DNA from: Promethearchaeota archaeon
GTDB lineage: Archaea; Asgardarchaeota; Lokiarchaeia; Sigyniarchaeales; SOKP01
NCBI GenBank assembly: GCA_013375475.1
Contig: JABXKD010000011.1
Span: forward strand, 1-61,055
Reading direction: 5' to 3'
Length of the DNA: 61,055 bases
The number at the start of each line of letters is the position of its first letter. The first letter of the stretch is position 1. Made by a program: the position numbers and the translations under genes. The notes beneath the pieces were generated by a model. That model was not told where the DNA came from, did not search any database, and was given only the letters and a program-made list of their open reading frames with translations. Positions 48,559-58,992 of this stretch are shown in pieces.

Positions 48559-48719
48559 ATACCAATAACAAGTACTTAGAATTATTTTATTGTGGAATAT
48601 GTTTCAAGCATTAAAAATGCTTCATTTTTGCTTTCATAAAATTATGCTACTAATTTTAATAAAATTAAATTAGTTCCAAGACTTTTTTTATTTATTAATC
48701 AGCTTAAAACCTATTTAAA

Positions 48720-49685
48720 ATGGCAGAATCTCAAGCCCTAATTTTCCAGATTCAAAAGATGTCCACAGAAGATGGTCCCGGTATTAGAACGACGATCTTT
48801 TTTAAACAATGCCCATTAAAATGTATATGGTGCCACAATCCCGAATCTATTCTAAAAAAGAAGCAGTTAGAGTGGTTTAAGCACAAATGCATAGGGTGTA
48901 AGATATGTATCGAAACATGTCAAGAGGAAGCCTTAAATCTCGATGAGGAGGGAATGCATATCGACCGAGAAAAGTGTAATAGTTGTGGAGCATGTTCTGA
49001 AGAATGTCCTAGCACTGCTTTACACATGTTTGGAGAAGTATGGGATTTAGAGGATTTGTATTACGAAGTTCAAAAAGATAAAATATATTACACCCAATCT
49101 GATGGTGGTATTACGGTTTCAGGTGGCGAACCTACGCTCCAGTCTGATTTTATATTAAGCTTTTTGAGAAAGTGCAAAGATAACGGGATTTCAACAGCAT
49201 TAGACACTTGTGGGTACGCTTCCAAGAATATTTATGAAAAATTACTTCCCTATGTTGATTTAGTGCTTCTTGATATTAAGGAGATTAATTCTGAAAAACA
49301 TGAAGAATACACAGGTGTTCCAAATACCCTCATATTGGAAAATGCTATCTGGATTTCGGATTATGTAAAAAATAAAGGTAAAAAACTCTGGATTCGGACA
49401 CCAATTATCCCCCATTATACTGCGACGGAGGAAAATATCAAAGGAATTGGAGAATTTATAGTAAATAAATTACATAACATTCCAGAAAGGTGGGACTTGC
49501 TTTCGTTCAATAATCTATGCTCTACGAAATACGAACGATTGGACATGGTTTGGTATCTAAAAGACTTCCCTCTAATATCTACAGATAAAATGAACGAGTA
49601 TATAGAGATTGGGAAAAGAAGTGGCGTTATAAATGTTCAATGGTCTGGATTAACGAAAAGAGAAGATAGTAAAAACAATTTTTAA
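48720..49685 (+). CDS. Glycyl-radical enzyme activating protein (radical SAM with 2x[4Fe-4S] insertion)
   Basis: DGPGIRTTIFFKQCPLKCIWCHNPES, CIGCKIC/CNSCGAC..CP, GGITVSGGEP, DTCG. Confidence 0.92.
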   Translation: MAESQALIFQIQKMSTEDGPGIRTTIFFKQCPLKCIWCHNPESILKKKQLEWFKHKCIGCKICIETCQEEALNLDEEGMHIDREKCNSCGACSEECPSTALHMFGEVWDLEDLYYEVQKDKIYYTQSDGGITVSGGEPTLQSDFILSFLRKCKDNGISTALDTCGYASKNIYEKLLPYVDLVLLDIKEINSEKHEEYTGVPNTLILENAIWISDYVKNKGKKLWIRTPIIPHYTATEENIKGIGEFIVNKLHNIPERWDLLSFNNLCSTKYERLDMVWYLKDFPLISTDKMNEYIEIGKRSGVINVQWSGLTKREDSKNNF

Positions 49686-49701
49686 AAGTACTAGAAGGTG
49701 A

Positions 49702-50592
49702 TTGAAAATAGGAAAGGATAAAAATAAAGTTAAGTGGTCCTCTGAAATCTCTGAGGATGGCATAGAATTTACTCAACCCGATATAATGCTTAAGTTAATA
49801 TCTACTATAGACGATCGAGGTTGGCCCCATGTTACCTTAATATCAAGCAATCGGGCGATAAGTAAAAATAAAATCGTATGGGGGGCTTTTACTGAAGGCT
49901 CAAGCAAGAAATACGTGAAAAAAAGACCGAAACAAGGAATATTCTACATGACTGCTGCAATGCCGTTTAAATTCCTTCAAGCTAAAGTAAATTTTGACCA
50001 TACCACGAAAGAGGGCAAAGATTTAGAACATTTTAACCAAACACAGTTAATGCGCTATTTTACTTATGTACGAACTCACACAGCATATTACAATGATGTT
50101 GTAGCCGCAACCCCTGTAAGAAATTTACCATTATTCGGAATCGTTAAAGGAATAATAAAAGATTTGATAGGAAAAGGGGGTGCGAAGACTAAACTTGATG
50201 AGAAGCGCTTAAATGTTATAGGGCATAAACTATTCGCAGCGCTTATAGCTGTTAGAGTAATTTCTTATATCGATCCTACGGATGGTTACCCAACGATGGT
50301 TCCTGCTATTCAACTTCAAGCGGCAGATCATAATAGATTAGTGTTTCCCCCGTCAGTATTAAAAAAGGATTTATCTCAAATTCCCGTTGATTCAAAAGTG
50401 GCTGTGTTTGGAATGAACTTTGATTTTTATAATCAAGTGGTAAAAGGAACTTTTACCGGATTTAAGAAATTTAGAGGAATCAAGTTTGGGGTTATCGAGA
50501 TTGAGGAAATCTATAATAGCACGCCTCCTGTAACTGGAGTCATATACCCTAGAGTTAAAAACATACCAAAAATTACAGAATTTCACTTATAA
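49702..50592 (+). CDS. Tandem pyridoxamine 5'-phosphate oxidase-like (split-barrel) protein
   Basis: Two repeats (ISTIDDRGWPHVT and ISYIDPTDGYPTMV); AGGTGA precedes the TTG start. Confidence 0.65.
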   Translation: MKIGKDKNKVKWSSEISEDGIEFTQPDIMLKLISTIDDRGWPHVTLISSNRAISKNKIVWGAFTEGSSKKYVKKRPKQGIFYMTAAMPFKFLQAKVNFDHTTKEGKDLEHFNQTQLMRYFTYVRTHTAYYNDVVAATPVRNLPLFGIVKGIIKDLIGKGGAKTKLDEKRLNVIGHKLFAALIAVRVISYIDPTDGYPTMVPAIQLQAADHNRLVFPPSVLKKDLSQIPVDSKVAVFGMNFDFYNQVVKGTFTGFKKFRGIKFGVIEIEEIYNSTPPVTGVIYPRVKNIPKITEFHL

Positions 50593-50626
50593 GTTTAATT
50601 TATTATAAAATTAGAAAATTACTACC

Positions 50627-52162
50627 ATGTCGAATGAAAAAATGAATGTTTTATTTATTATAACGGATCAACAACGGGCTGATATGATGGGTTGTTCTGG
50701 GAATAAAGTTATTAAAACCCCTAACTTAGATCAATTTGCTAGCGAGAGCCTACGTTTTTCTAACGCATTCTGCACATCTCCTATGTGCATGCCTAACCGG
50801 GCTACAATGTTAACGGGATATTACCCTAATGCTCATGGTGTGCGAAGTAACGGTATAAATCTGCCTACTGATGTGCCCACAATAACTCAAACATTAGTAG
50901 ATCGAGGATACCACACAATACATATAGGAAAAGCTCATTATAGCACTTGGACACCTCGATACAATCCTAAATCAAAATCACCAGAGGATTTTCAAGATTG
51001 GAAGATTAAAAATCCTAAGGGTGATCATCTAGCCCATAAGAATTTTCCAGTGCCCTATTACGGTTTTGAAGAAGTAGATTTGGTTTTGGGTCATGGGAAT
51101 GCATGTATGGGCCATTATCTTGAATGGTTAGAAGAAAGAGACCCCGAACTTGTGAAAAAAATTTTAGAGGAATTTAACATCACTGTACCCTCTTCAGAAA
51201 TTTTTTATGACAGTTGGATTCCTATAGAGCTTTATAATACTACTTACATTCAAAATAATACTATTGCATTTCTAGAAAGATTCGCAAAAGGAAAATATGG
51301 GGAGAAACCATTCTTTTTACATTGTTCTTTTCCTGATCCACATCAACCGGTATCGCCACCTGGAAAGTATAGAGATATGTATAAACCAGAGGATATAGTA
51401 CTTCCCGATAATGTCGACGATATAAAGAATTTATATGAACATCCTTATTTAAAGAAACATTTGGAGCACCCTCCAGCTAGAATGGCGTTTTTGCGAGAAG
51501 AAACGAAAGAAAATATAAGGAAATTTATCGCGCTGAGTTACGGCTCAGTTTCCTTAATTGACCATGCAGTTGGTGAAATCTTAGCATCGTTAGAAAAACT
51601 AGAATTAGCTGACAACACCATGGTAATTTTCACTTCAGATCACGGAGATTATATGGGAGACCACGGCTTAATATTGAAAGGAATCTCTCCCTTTAACGGC
51701 AATCTACAAATTCCCTTAATTTGGCGCGTTCCTGGGATTACTAAATCAGGAGTTTCTGAAGCACTAATTAGCTCCGTTGATATGCCCAAAACAATTCTTG
51801 AGCTTTTAAAAATCAAAGAACGATATAGACCACCTGGAATGCAAGGATATGATATGTCCCCAGTTTTAAAAGATCCAAACTTAGATCTGCGAGATTCTAT
51901 TCTCATTATGGAAGACGAAGAAGTAGGACCTCGTGGACCCTTATTTACAAGAATACTTCATTTGATAACAAAAGATTATAAACTAACTAAATATTCCGAA
52001 TTGCCTGGATTTGGAGATTTATTTGATCGAAATAATGATAAGGAAGAAATAAATAACCTTTGGGATAAAGATAAGAATTTAAGGCTAGATCTATTAGATC
52101 GAATGTTCCACGAATATACAAACACTCGAAGTAGATTTCCAACAAGAGAATCAACATATTAA
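50627..52162 (+). CDS. Cys-type sulfatase (formylglycine-dependent)
   Basis: NVLFIITDQQR, CMPNRATMLTG (CxPxR), GKAH, FPDPH, SDHGD. Confidence 0.93.
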   Translation: MSNEKMNVLFIITDQQRADMMGCSGNKVIKTPNLDQFASESLRFSNAFCTSPMCMPNRATMLTGYYPNAHGVRSNGINLPTDVPTITQTLVDRGYHTIHIGKAHYSTWTPRYNPKSKSPEDFQDWKIKNPKGDHLAHKNFPVPYYGFEEVDLVLGHGNACMGHYLEWLEERDPELVKKILEEFNITVPSSEIFYDSWIPIELYNTTYIQNNTIAFLERFAKGKYGEKPFFLHCSFPDPHQPVSPPGKYRDMYKPEDIVLPDNVDDIKNLYEHPYLKKHLEHPPARMAFLREETKENIRKFIALSYGSVSLIDHAVGEILASLEKLELADNTMVIFTSDHGDYMGDHGLILKGISPFNGNLQIPLIWRVPGITKSGVSEALISSVDMPKTILELLKIKERYRPPGMQGYDMSPVLKDPNLDLRDSILIMEDEEVGPRGPLFTRILHLITKDYKLTKYSELPGFGDLFDRNNDKEEINNLWDKDKNLRLDLLDRMFHEYTNTRSRFPTRESTY

Positions 52163-52199
52163 AATCAGAGAAAAACAGAAAAGTTATCTTAATTTAGAA

Positions 52200-53090
52200 A
52201 TGAAGTGGAAAACTAAAATAACTCAACTATTAAAGATTCGATATCCCTTAGTAATGGGAGCTTTTGGAGGGTGGGGTAAGGCGGAGTTCGCATCTACTTT
52301 TTCAAATGCAGGCGGATTAGGAATTATCGCAGCTCTAAATTTTCCAGACCCAGAAGATTTCAGGAAAGATATACAAAGGATGAAACAATTAACTACGAAG
52401 CCTTTTGGAATTAATCTCTCATTACCACATCATATCTTAGAGGAAAACAGGGGAGGTAAAAAAACTAAGGAACGGTATTTAGAATATGTCGATATCGCAC
52501 TCAATGAAAATTGTCACATCTTTACAACTTCAGGATATAAAGCATCATTCATTGGGAAAAGAGTTCATGAAGCTGGTGGTCTATGGTTTCACAAATGTGT
52601 ATTAATTAAGCACGCTATTTCCGCAGAGAAAGAGGGCGCAAACGGAGTTACTTTAGTAGGTCTAGAAGGAACTGGATTTAAAAATCCCCTAACAAACACT
52701 ACTCTTGTAAATATTACATTGGCGAAAAAAATACTTAAGATCCCGATAATTGCGGCTGGTGGGATTGGTGACGCAAGAGGTTTTTTAGGAGCCCTAGCAA
52801 TGGGAGCTGATGCGGTTTGTTTAGGTACAGCCTTAATGGCCACAAATGAATGTCCGGTATCAACAAAAATTAAAGAGAAATGGCTTAATTTAGATATTTT
52901 CGAGGAAATTTTTCACAATAAAATATACAAATATAACGTAAAGAATTTTATGGCACCTTCAACAGCAATAGGGCATCGTAAGACTCTGGTATCTATACAT
53001 AAACTAGTCGAGGAACTGATTACAGAGGCAAATGGTATATTAGATTCTTGGGGATTTAACCATAATGAGTTCAATACGCTTGACATATAA
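52200..53090 (+). CDS. Nitronate monooxygenase/FabK-like FMN enzyme
   Basis: FSNAGGLG, KPFGINL, IIAAGGIGD, GADAVCLGT. Confidence 0.85.
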   Translation: MKWKTKITQLLKIRYPLVMGAFGGWGKAEFASTFSNAGGLGIIAALNFPDPEDFRKDIQRMKQLTTKPFGINLSLPHHILEENRGGKKTKERYLEYVDIALNENCHIFTTSGYKASFIGKRVHEAGGLWFHKCVLIKHAISAEKEGANGVTLVGLEGTGFKNPLTNTTLVNITLAKKILKIPIIAAGGIGDARGFLGALAMGADAVCLGTALMATNECPVSTKIKEKWLNLDIFEEIFHNKIYKYNVKNFMAPSTAIGHRKTLVSIHKLVEELITEANGILDSWGFNHNEFNTLDI

Positions 53091-53191
53091 AATTTTAAAT
53101 AAAGGAATAGAAAGAATAACTTTTAGAAATTAAGTGAAAACTTTTTTATTCCTCATTAATCTACATACAAAAGAGAGGTATTTGCTTTAAT

Positions 53192-54151
53192 ATGGATTTT
53201 TTCACTCACTTAGTTTTTGGTGCTTTAATGTATCTCCTATTACTAAAGGAGGTAACCTTGGATTATTTATTCCTAGCGATATTTTTCTCCATTTTACCCG
53301 ATTTAGATGTATTTTTAACACCTTTGAAAAAAGTTATAAAATCGAATTATCTTGAACATCGCGGAGGATCTCATTCATATATCGTTGGGATAATTATTTC
53401 TTTCATTATAAGTGTTGTACGGTCACTAATAATACAGCAACCTTTTTTCTTTGTTTGGATTATTGGATTATCTTTTTATAGTCTGCACGTATCAATGGAT
53501 CTACTTACAACTACTAAAATTCCTTACTTATTTCCACTCTCCAAAAAGGAGTATAGCTTTTACGTTGAAAAAGCGGGTAGCTTTTTTACTTTCGTGAATT
53601 CAATAATCTTTCTTATCTTGCCATTATTTATTTTTAGACTTTTCGCAGAAATATTCTTTATTCAATTATATATCAACATTTATACTTCTTTTTTCTTAAT
53701 ATATTACTTCTATCGAATACTCTCAAAGCTTTTAGTCTCAAGAACTCTTGATACTAACCAAAAATACCTTCCCGGATTATTACCGTTTTACTTCAAGCTT
53801 TACAATTATAATATTATTGGAAACGAAATAGCATCAAGTATAGAAAAAAAATCTCATTTTTCAAAAAAAACAGAGGAAATAAAAATTAAGGTTACCTTAA
53901 GCTCTCAGGAGAAATTATTCTACGACGAAGCATGGAAATTGAACAAAAAAACTTATTACTTTGCAAAATGGACTCTGTTTCCAACCGTTATCAGAGAAGA
54001 AGGAATTTTTACCGTTAGATTCTTCTTTTTAGAAACAATGATGCACACAAGAAACATGTATATTCAATATAATTTTGATTTAGATACCCAAACTTTAATC
54101 AACGTTGAACAAGGTTCGGGTCATATACAAATAAAAAATGAGCCCCTCTAA
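53192..54151 (+). CDS. Membrane-bound metal-dependent hydrolase (YdjM-like)
   Basis: MDFFTH, ILPDLD, HRGGSHS, LHVSMDLLT. Confidence 0.85.
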   Translation: MDFFTHLVFGALMYLLLLKEVTLDYLFLAIFFSILPDLDVFLTPLKKVIKSNYLEHRGGSHSYIVGIIISFIISVVRSLIIQQPFFFVWIIGLSFYSLHVSMDLLTTTKIPYLFPLSKKEYSFYVEKAGSFFTFVNSIIFLILPLFIFRLFAEIFFIQLYINIYTSFFLIYYFYRILSKLLVSRTLDTNQKYLPGLLPFYFKLYNYNIIGNEIASSIEKKSHFSKKTEEIKIKVTLSSQEKLFYDEAWKLNKKTYYFAKWTLFPTVIREEGIFTVRFFFLETMMHTRNMYIQYNFDLDTQTLINVEQGSGHIQIKNEPL

Positions 54152-54153
54152 CC

Positions 54154-54303
54154 ATGAAAAAAAAAGAAAAGCAAGATTTAGATGACGACGAAGTTGAAAA
54201 GGTATTAGATAGCATATGGAAAAACTGGGAATCACGGAGAAGATGCGAACAAACTCATACTCCAGAATATTTGAAGAAAAAGAAAAGTGAAAATCTTAAA
54301 TAA
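54154..54303 (+). CDS. Small hypothetical protein (49 aa)
   Basis: ATG 2 nt after the previous stop; MKKKEKQDLDDDEVEKVLDSIWKNWESRRRCEQTHTPEYLKKKKSENLK. Confidence 0.5.
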   Translation: MKKKEKQDLDDDEVEKVLDSIWKNWESRRRCEQTHTPEYLKKKKSENLK

Positions 54304-54496
54304 AAAGCTTATATTTTCTGTATTTAAAAAAAAACCCTATTTTCTTATAAACTCATCCTATTGTTTGATTAAGATGAATAATTAATTATATAGAAGCATA
54401 AAATTAAAAATATTTATAGCATTTCGGCTAATACATATTTATATCTTTTTTAATATAAAAAAAATTAAACAAAAAATACTTTAATGTGAATAAAAC

Positions 54497-56599
54497 ATGG
54501 CAGTAGCGTTTTTATTAGTATCCTTAATCGCCGGGATTGTTTCTATTGGAATGGCGATGTATTTTAGACAACTAGTTATGAAAGAGGATCCTGGAAATGA
54601 AAAAATGGTTACGGTTGCCGGATATATTGAAGATGGTGCAAAAGCATACATCAAGGTACAATATATGGTTTTAGCCGTTTTTGTTGGAGCTTTATTTTTG
54701 GTAATATTCTTTGCACTACCTTCTCCGCTACCACCTAGCGAACGATATGCTGTATTTTTTAATTGGGAACAAGCTGTAGCTTACCTAATCGGGTCCGTGG
54801 GATCAATGCTCGCTGGATATCTAGGATTGTATGTTGGCGTGAAAGCTAATACTCGAGCTGCTCAAGCTTGTACTGTAGGCACCAAAGAAGGGTTCAATGT
54901 CGCATTTTTTGGAGGGTCAGTAATGGGATTGGCTGTTGTAGGTGTTGCTCTCATCGGAGTTTCACTCCTGTATTGGATATTTGGAACACCGTTAGTAGTT
55001 CTAGGTTTTAGTTTTGGAGCAAGCAGTATCGCACTATTTATGAAATGTGGCGGTGGTATCTTCACTAAAACTGCAGATGTGGGCGCTGATCTCGTGGGAA
55101 AAGCAGAGTACGATTTACCCGAAGACGATCCGAGAAATCCTGCAACCATAGCTGATAATGTGGGAGATAACGTTGGTGATATCGCGGGGATGGGTTCTGA
55201 TTTGTTTGATTCATATGTAGCATCCATCGTCGCCTCAATGATGCTCGCAGCCTCATTAGCATTAATTACTAACATAGATATTACTTTAGATCCTGATTTA
55301 CGAGCTATTCTTGTTGTTACCCCTGTTGTATTATGTGGAGTTGGGTTAATCGCTTCTCTTATTGGGATTTTTATCATCAAATATAGAAAAGCAGAAGATC
55401 CTGGAAAAGCCTTGAACAATGGAACGTATTATGCAACGCTAATCTTTGCTGGAATTGCCGCTGTTTTTACATGGATTCTAACCTTTGATTTAGATGGTGA
55501 AGGATCTCTATTATTGTGGCGGATTTATTTTGCGGTTTTAATTGGACTTGCATCTGGTATTGTTATGGGCTTTACGAGTGATTACTTTACCCGTGATGAT
55601 AAGGCACCAACTCGAAACATTGCAAACTCAGCAAAAGAGGGTCACGCTGTAGTTATTTTAAGCGGTTTTTCATATGGTCTTCTCAGTGTAGTTCCTCCAA
55701 CTCTTGGAATTATCGTAGCAATGGCGGTTTCTTATCTTCTTGCGGGAGTGTTTGGAGTAGCAATGGCAGCAGTAGGAATGTTAGCAATTGTTGGTACAAT
55801 TGTGTCTAATGATGCATACGGACCCATCGTTGATAATTCTCGTGCTATCGCAGAACAAGGCGAATTGGGAGACGATGTGATCCGAACTGCAGATCATTTA
55901 GATTCCGCGGGAAATACAGCTAAAGCTATCACAAAAGGATTTGCAATTGGAGCCGCTAATTTGACTGTATTTGCGTTATTATTTTCTTTTGCTCAAGAAT
56001 CAGGGATTACACTGGTAAATTTATTAAGAATAGAAGTGCTTATTGGAGCATTCGTTGGAGTTGTTGTACCTGCTCTTTTTTCAGCACTGTTGGTTCTAGC
56101 AGTTCAACGGAATGCCGCAAAAATGGTTGATGAGATACGAAGACAATTTGAAGAAAACCCCAAAATTCTTACTGGTGAAGAACCCGCTGATTTCAAGAGG
56201 ACAATTGCTATAGCAACAAAAGGCTCTCTACGAGAATTAATCTTACCAAGTATTATTTCAATAACCGTTCCTATAGGTGTTGGTATAATTTTTGGCGTAG
56301 CTTCCTTAGGGGCATTTCTCGCAGGAGCCATCTTATCGGGATTCGTATTTGCAGTGTTTATGAGCAATAGTGGGGGATCCTGGGATAATGCTAAGAAATG
56401 GATTGAGGATGGCAATTTAGGAGGCAAGGGGACTGATGTACATAAAGCATCAATTACGGGTGATACGGTGGGAGATCCTTTCAAGGATACTGCAGGTCCA
56501 AGCATCAATACATTGTTAGTAGTAATGAGCTTAACAGCATCAATTTTTATGGGCTTATTATTACTATTTAATGGTGGAATGGGTTTAATAACATTCTAA
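54497..56599 (+). CDS. hppA: Membrane-bound H+-translocating pyrophosphatase, K+-independent type
   Basis: GGIFTKTADVGADLVGKAE, EDDPRN, DNVGDNVGD, GNTAKAITKG, GDTVGDPFKD. Confidence 0.95.
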   Translation: MAVAFLLVSLIAGIVSIGMAMYFRQLVMKEDPGNEKMVTVAGYIEDGAKAYIKVQYMVLAVFVGALFLVIFFALPSPLPPSERYAVFFNWEQAVAYLIGSVGSMLAGYLGLYVGVKANTRAAQACTVGTKEGFNVAFFGGSVMGLAVVGVALIGVSLLYWIFGTPLVVLGFSFGASSIALFMKCGGGIFTKTADVGADLVGKAEYDLPEDDPRNPATIADNVGDNVGDIAGMGSDLFDSYVASIVASMMLAASLALITNIDITLDPDLRAILVVTPVVLCGVGLIASLIGIFIIKYRKAEDPGKALNNGTYYATLIFAGIAAVFTWILTFDLDGEGSLLLWRIYFAVLIGLASGIVMGFTSDYFTRDDKAPTRNIANSAKEGHAVVILSGFSYGLLSVVPPTLGIIVAMAVSYLLAGVFGVAMAAVGMLAIVGTIVSNDAYGPIVDNSRAIAEQGELGDDVIRTADHLDSAGNTAKAITKGFAIGAANLTVFALLFSFAQESGITLVNLLRIEVLIGAFVGVVVPALFSALLVLAVQRNAAKMVDEIRRQFEENPKILTGEEPADFKRTIAIATKGSLRELILPSIISITVPIGVGIIFGVASLGAFLAGAILSGFVFAVFMSNSGGSWDNAKKWIEDGNLGGKGTDVHKASITGDTVGDPFKDTAGPSINTLLVVMSLTASIFMGLLLLFNGGMGLITF

Positions 56600-56755
56600 T
56601 ACGAGCTTTGAGTTAAAATTATCATAAACTTTTTTCTTTTTTTCTTTTGAACGCGTTCTGTGAAATAACTATTGACATTAAAATCGAAAAACATTATTTA
56701 AAATTGAGTATTTAATCTATCGTTTAACCAAAAATTCATGAATTAGGGCTCAATT

Positions 56756-58093
56756 ATGGCGGATAGAAAATTCCTTAACGAAGAAGAGCATGCCGATCAT
56801 CTGAGAAATTACTCTATTGACCCAAGAAAAGCGATGTTTACCATCATCCTAAGCATTCTTGTTGATGTTTTCGGTTACAGCATGGTATTACCACTTCTTC
56901 CCTTTATTGTTGCTGATTGGGGTCAACCTGACTTATTTGTGGGAATTTTAATCTCGTCAAACGCTTTGAGTGCTTTCATTTTTGGACCTATTTGGGGTAA
57001 ATTGAGCGACAAATACGGTCGTAAACCTATACTTCTAATTTCTCAAGCTGGAACTGGAATTTCCTTTTTAATTTTAGCTCTTTCTCCGAATGTTTACGTG
57101 ATTCTTTTTTCAAGAATTTTAGACGGAATATTTGGTGGACAAATACCTGTTATACGTGCTTATATATCTGATATCACTACCCCTGCAACTCGAGCTTCTC
57201 AAATGGGTAAATTAATGATTGGACACACGGGAGGGATGATTTTTGGACCTATTGTCGGAGGAGTATTAGGAGCATTAAATTGGAGATACCCCGCTCTATT
57301 TGCGGTAATATTGTCAATAATTGCCATGGTTTTAACATTAAGAGTATTAATAGAAAGCATGCCTAAGAATCGAATCTCAGATTTAAAACTACGAATAATA
57401 AATCGAGAATCATCTTCAGAAAAAAAAAGGAAGATTTTTACCAGAGAAATTGTCGGTAGATTTGTTCAAGTTTTCTTATTGTTCTTTATTACAGTAATGT
57501 TTAATTCGAGTATGGCTTTAGTTCTTTTAAAAAGGTATGGAGCTACTGAAATCATTATTGGTCTTGTTATGACTCTCGCTGGTGTAACAATCTTGATATA
57601 CGGGGGATTTCTTATGAAACCACTCTTTAAGAAAGTGGGAGAAAAAAAAGTGTTATTAATTGCTTCTATTCTCCTTATTGTAAATTTCTTAGCATTCCCT
57701 TTTATGACGGAATTATGGATGATTCTCATTCTCATTCCATCTTTCGTATTCAGTATGGTGTTTTTACCCTCCTTAATACAGAGCAATATTACTAAAGCAG
57801 TGGATGATGATAAACAAGGTGTAGTTAGCGGAATGACGACCAATGTTCAGTCAATCGCACAAATTATTTCACCATTGATAGCAACAGGTTTCATACAAAT
57901 AGGAGGATTAAGCATAGGTATGATCTTCTTAAACCCATATGAACTTATAGGTTATTTGGCAGTTATTTTAGGTATTGGGCTCTTTATAATCTTATATTTT
58001 GACTTAAAACGGCATTCCTACCTATATTCTTATGAAAAACCACGTAATAAATCTAAAGCTGCGACTAAACTATCGTTAGAAAACAGCATCTAA
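56756..58093 (+). CDS. MFS transporter (TetA/DHA1-like)
   Basis: GKLSDKYGRKP motif A, RILDGIFGG, AYISD, about 12 TM. Confidence 0.92.
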   Translation: MADRKFLNEEEHADHLRNYSIDPRKAMFTIILSILVDVFGYSMVLPLLPFIVADWGQPDLFVGILISSNALSAFIFGPIWGKLSDKYGRKPILLISQAGTGISFLILALSPNVYVILFSRILDGIFGGQIPVIRAYISDITTPATRASQMGKLMIGHTGGMIFGPIVGGVLGALNWRYPALFAVILSIIAMVLTLRVLIESMPKNRISDLKLRIINRESSSEKKRKIFTREIVGRFVQVFLLFFITVMFNSSMALVLLKRYGATEIIIGLVMTLAGVTILIYGGFLMKPLFKKVGEKKVLLIASILLIVNFLAFPFMTELWMILILIPSFVFSMVFLPSLIQSNITKAVDDDKQGVVSGMTTNVQSIAQIISPLIATGFIQIGGLSIGMIFLNPYELIGYLAVILGIGLFIILYFDLKRHSYLYSYEKPRNKSKAATKLSLENSI

Positions 58094-58126
58094 TAAATTT
58101 TAATTCTTACATACATTTATCATTCT

Positions 58127-58897
58127 ATGTCGAAATTCCTCTTAAGTTCGATTGAACGAAATTTAGACGAGTTCTACTTAAAGTGCTCAAGACATTCCAA
58201 TTTTGCATCTAATAATACCGATAAAATAAAATGGGTACGTGCGAAAAATGCAGATTGGCCAAGTTGCATATTTCAAGCGACCTTTAATGATTCGGAAACA
58301 GATTTCGAAATTGAGCAAATAAAGAACCTGATTCAATCTGGTAAAGCACCAGATGATTGGACTGTTGGACCCTTGACCAAACCTAAGAATCTCGGTGAAT
58401 CACTTCTAAAACATGATTTCTCAGATGTATTTCACCAAGCAGGAATGGCTCTCAAATTGTCCAAATTAAAACTGTTGCCGAATTTAAATTCCATCTTAAA
58501 TGTTAAAAAGGTCGAAAAAGAGGAAGAGTTAAAAATGTGGTCTGAGATAGTATCAACAGTGTTTCACATAAAAGTTGACTATGAGTTATTAGAACACTTA
58601 CGAGTTCAGAGTGAAGTTGCATTTTACATAGGTATTTTAAAAAAAAAATGTGTTTCGGCATTATTACTCTATCTTATTCCTGGAATAGCTGGACTGCATG
58701 CAGTAAGCACATTACCAAATTATAGAAGCAATAATTTCGCTCTAACGATGAGTAGCAGAGCATTGTTAGATGCACGTGATCTGGGATATAAATATGGAGT
58801 TCTCCAAGCTTCTTCGATGGGTCAATTTGTATACAAAAAATTAGGATTTAAAAAATATTGCGATGTAATCACTTATGCTCTAAATGAGACATCGTAG
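58127..58897 (+). CDS. GNAT family N-acetyltransferase
   Basis: VSTLPNYRSNNFA, LQASSMG..VYKKLGF. Confidence 0.85.
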   Translation: MSKFLLSSIERNLDEFYLKCSRHSNFASNNTDKIKWVRAKNADWPSCIFQATFNDSETDFEIEQIKNLIQSGKAPDDWTVGPLTKPKNLGESLLKHDFSDVFHQAGMALKLSKLKLLPNLNSILNVKKVEKEEELKMWSEIVSTVFHIKVDYELLEHLRVQSEVAFYIGILKKKCVSALLLYLIPGIAGLHAVSTLPNYRSNNFALTMSSRALLDARDLGYKYGVLQASSMGQFVYKKLGFKKYCDVITYALNETS

Positions 58898-58992
58898 AAT
58901 TTATCTCAAAGGATATCAATTCTAAAAGAAAAAAATATTAAGGACAATAAAAAAAAAAATAAAAATTATAAGACTGTTTAACGAAGATAATA

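Noticed and set aside
4140-57843. Many short ORFs antisense to or nested in long genes (e.g. 4140-4445, 11165-11647, 17565-17996, 54862-55419, 56104-56508)
   Set aside because: Shadow frames of well-supported genes with no recognisable motifs
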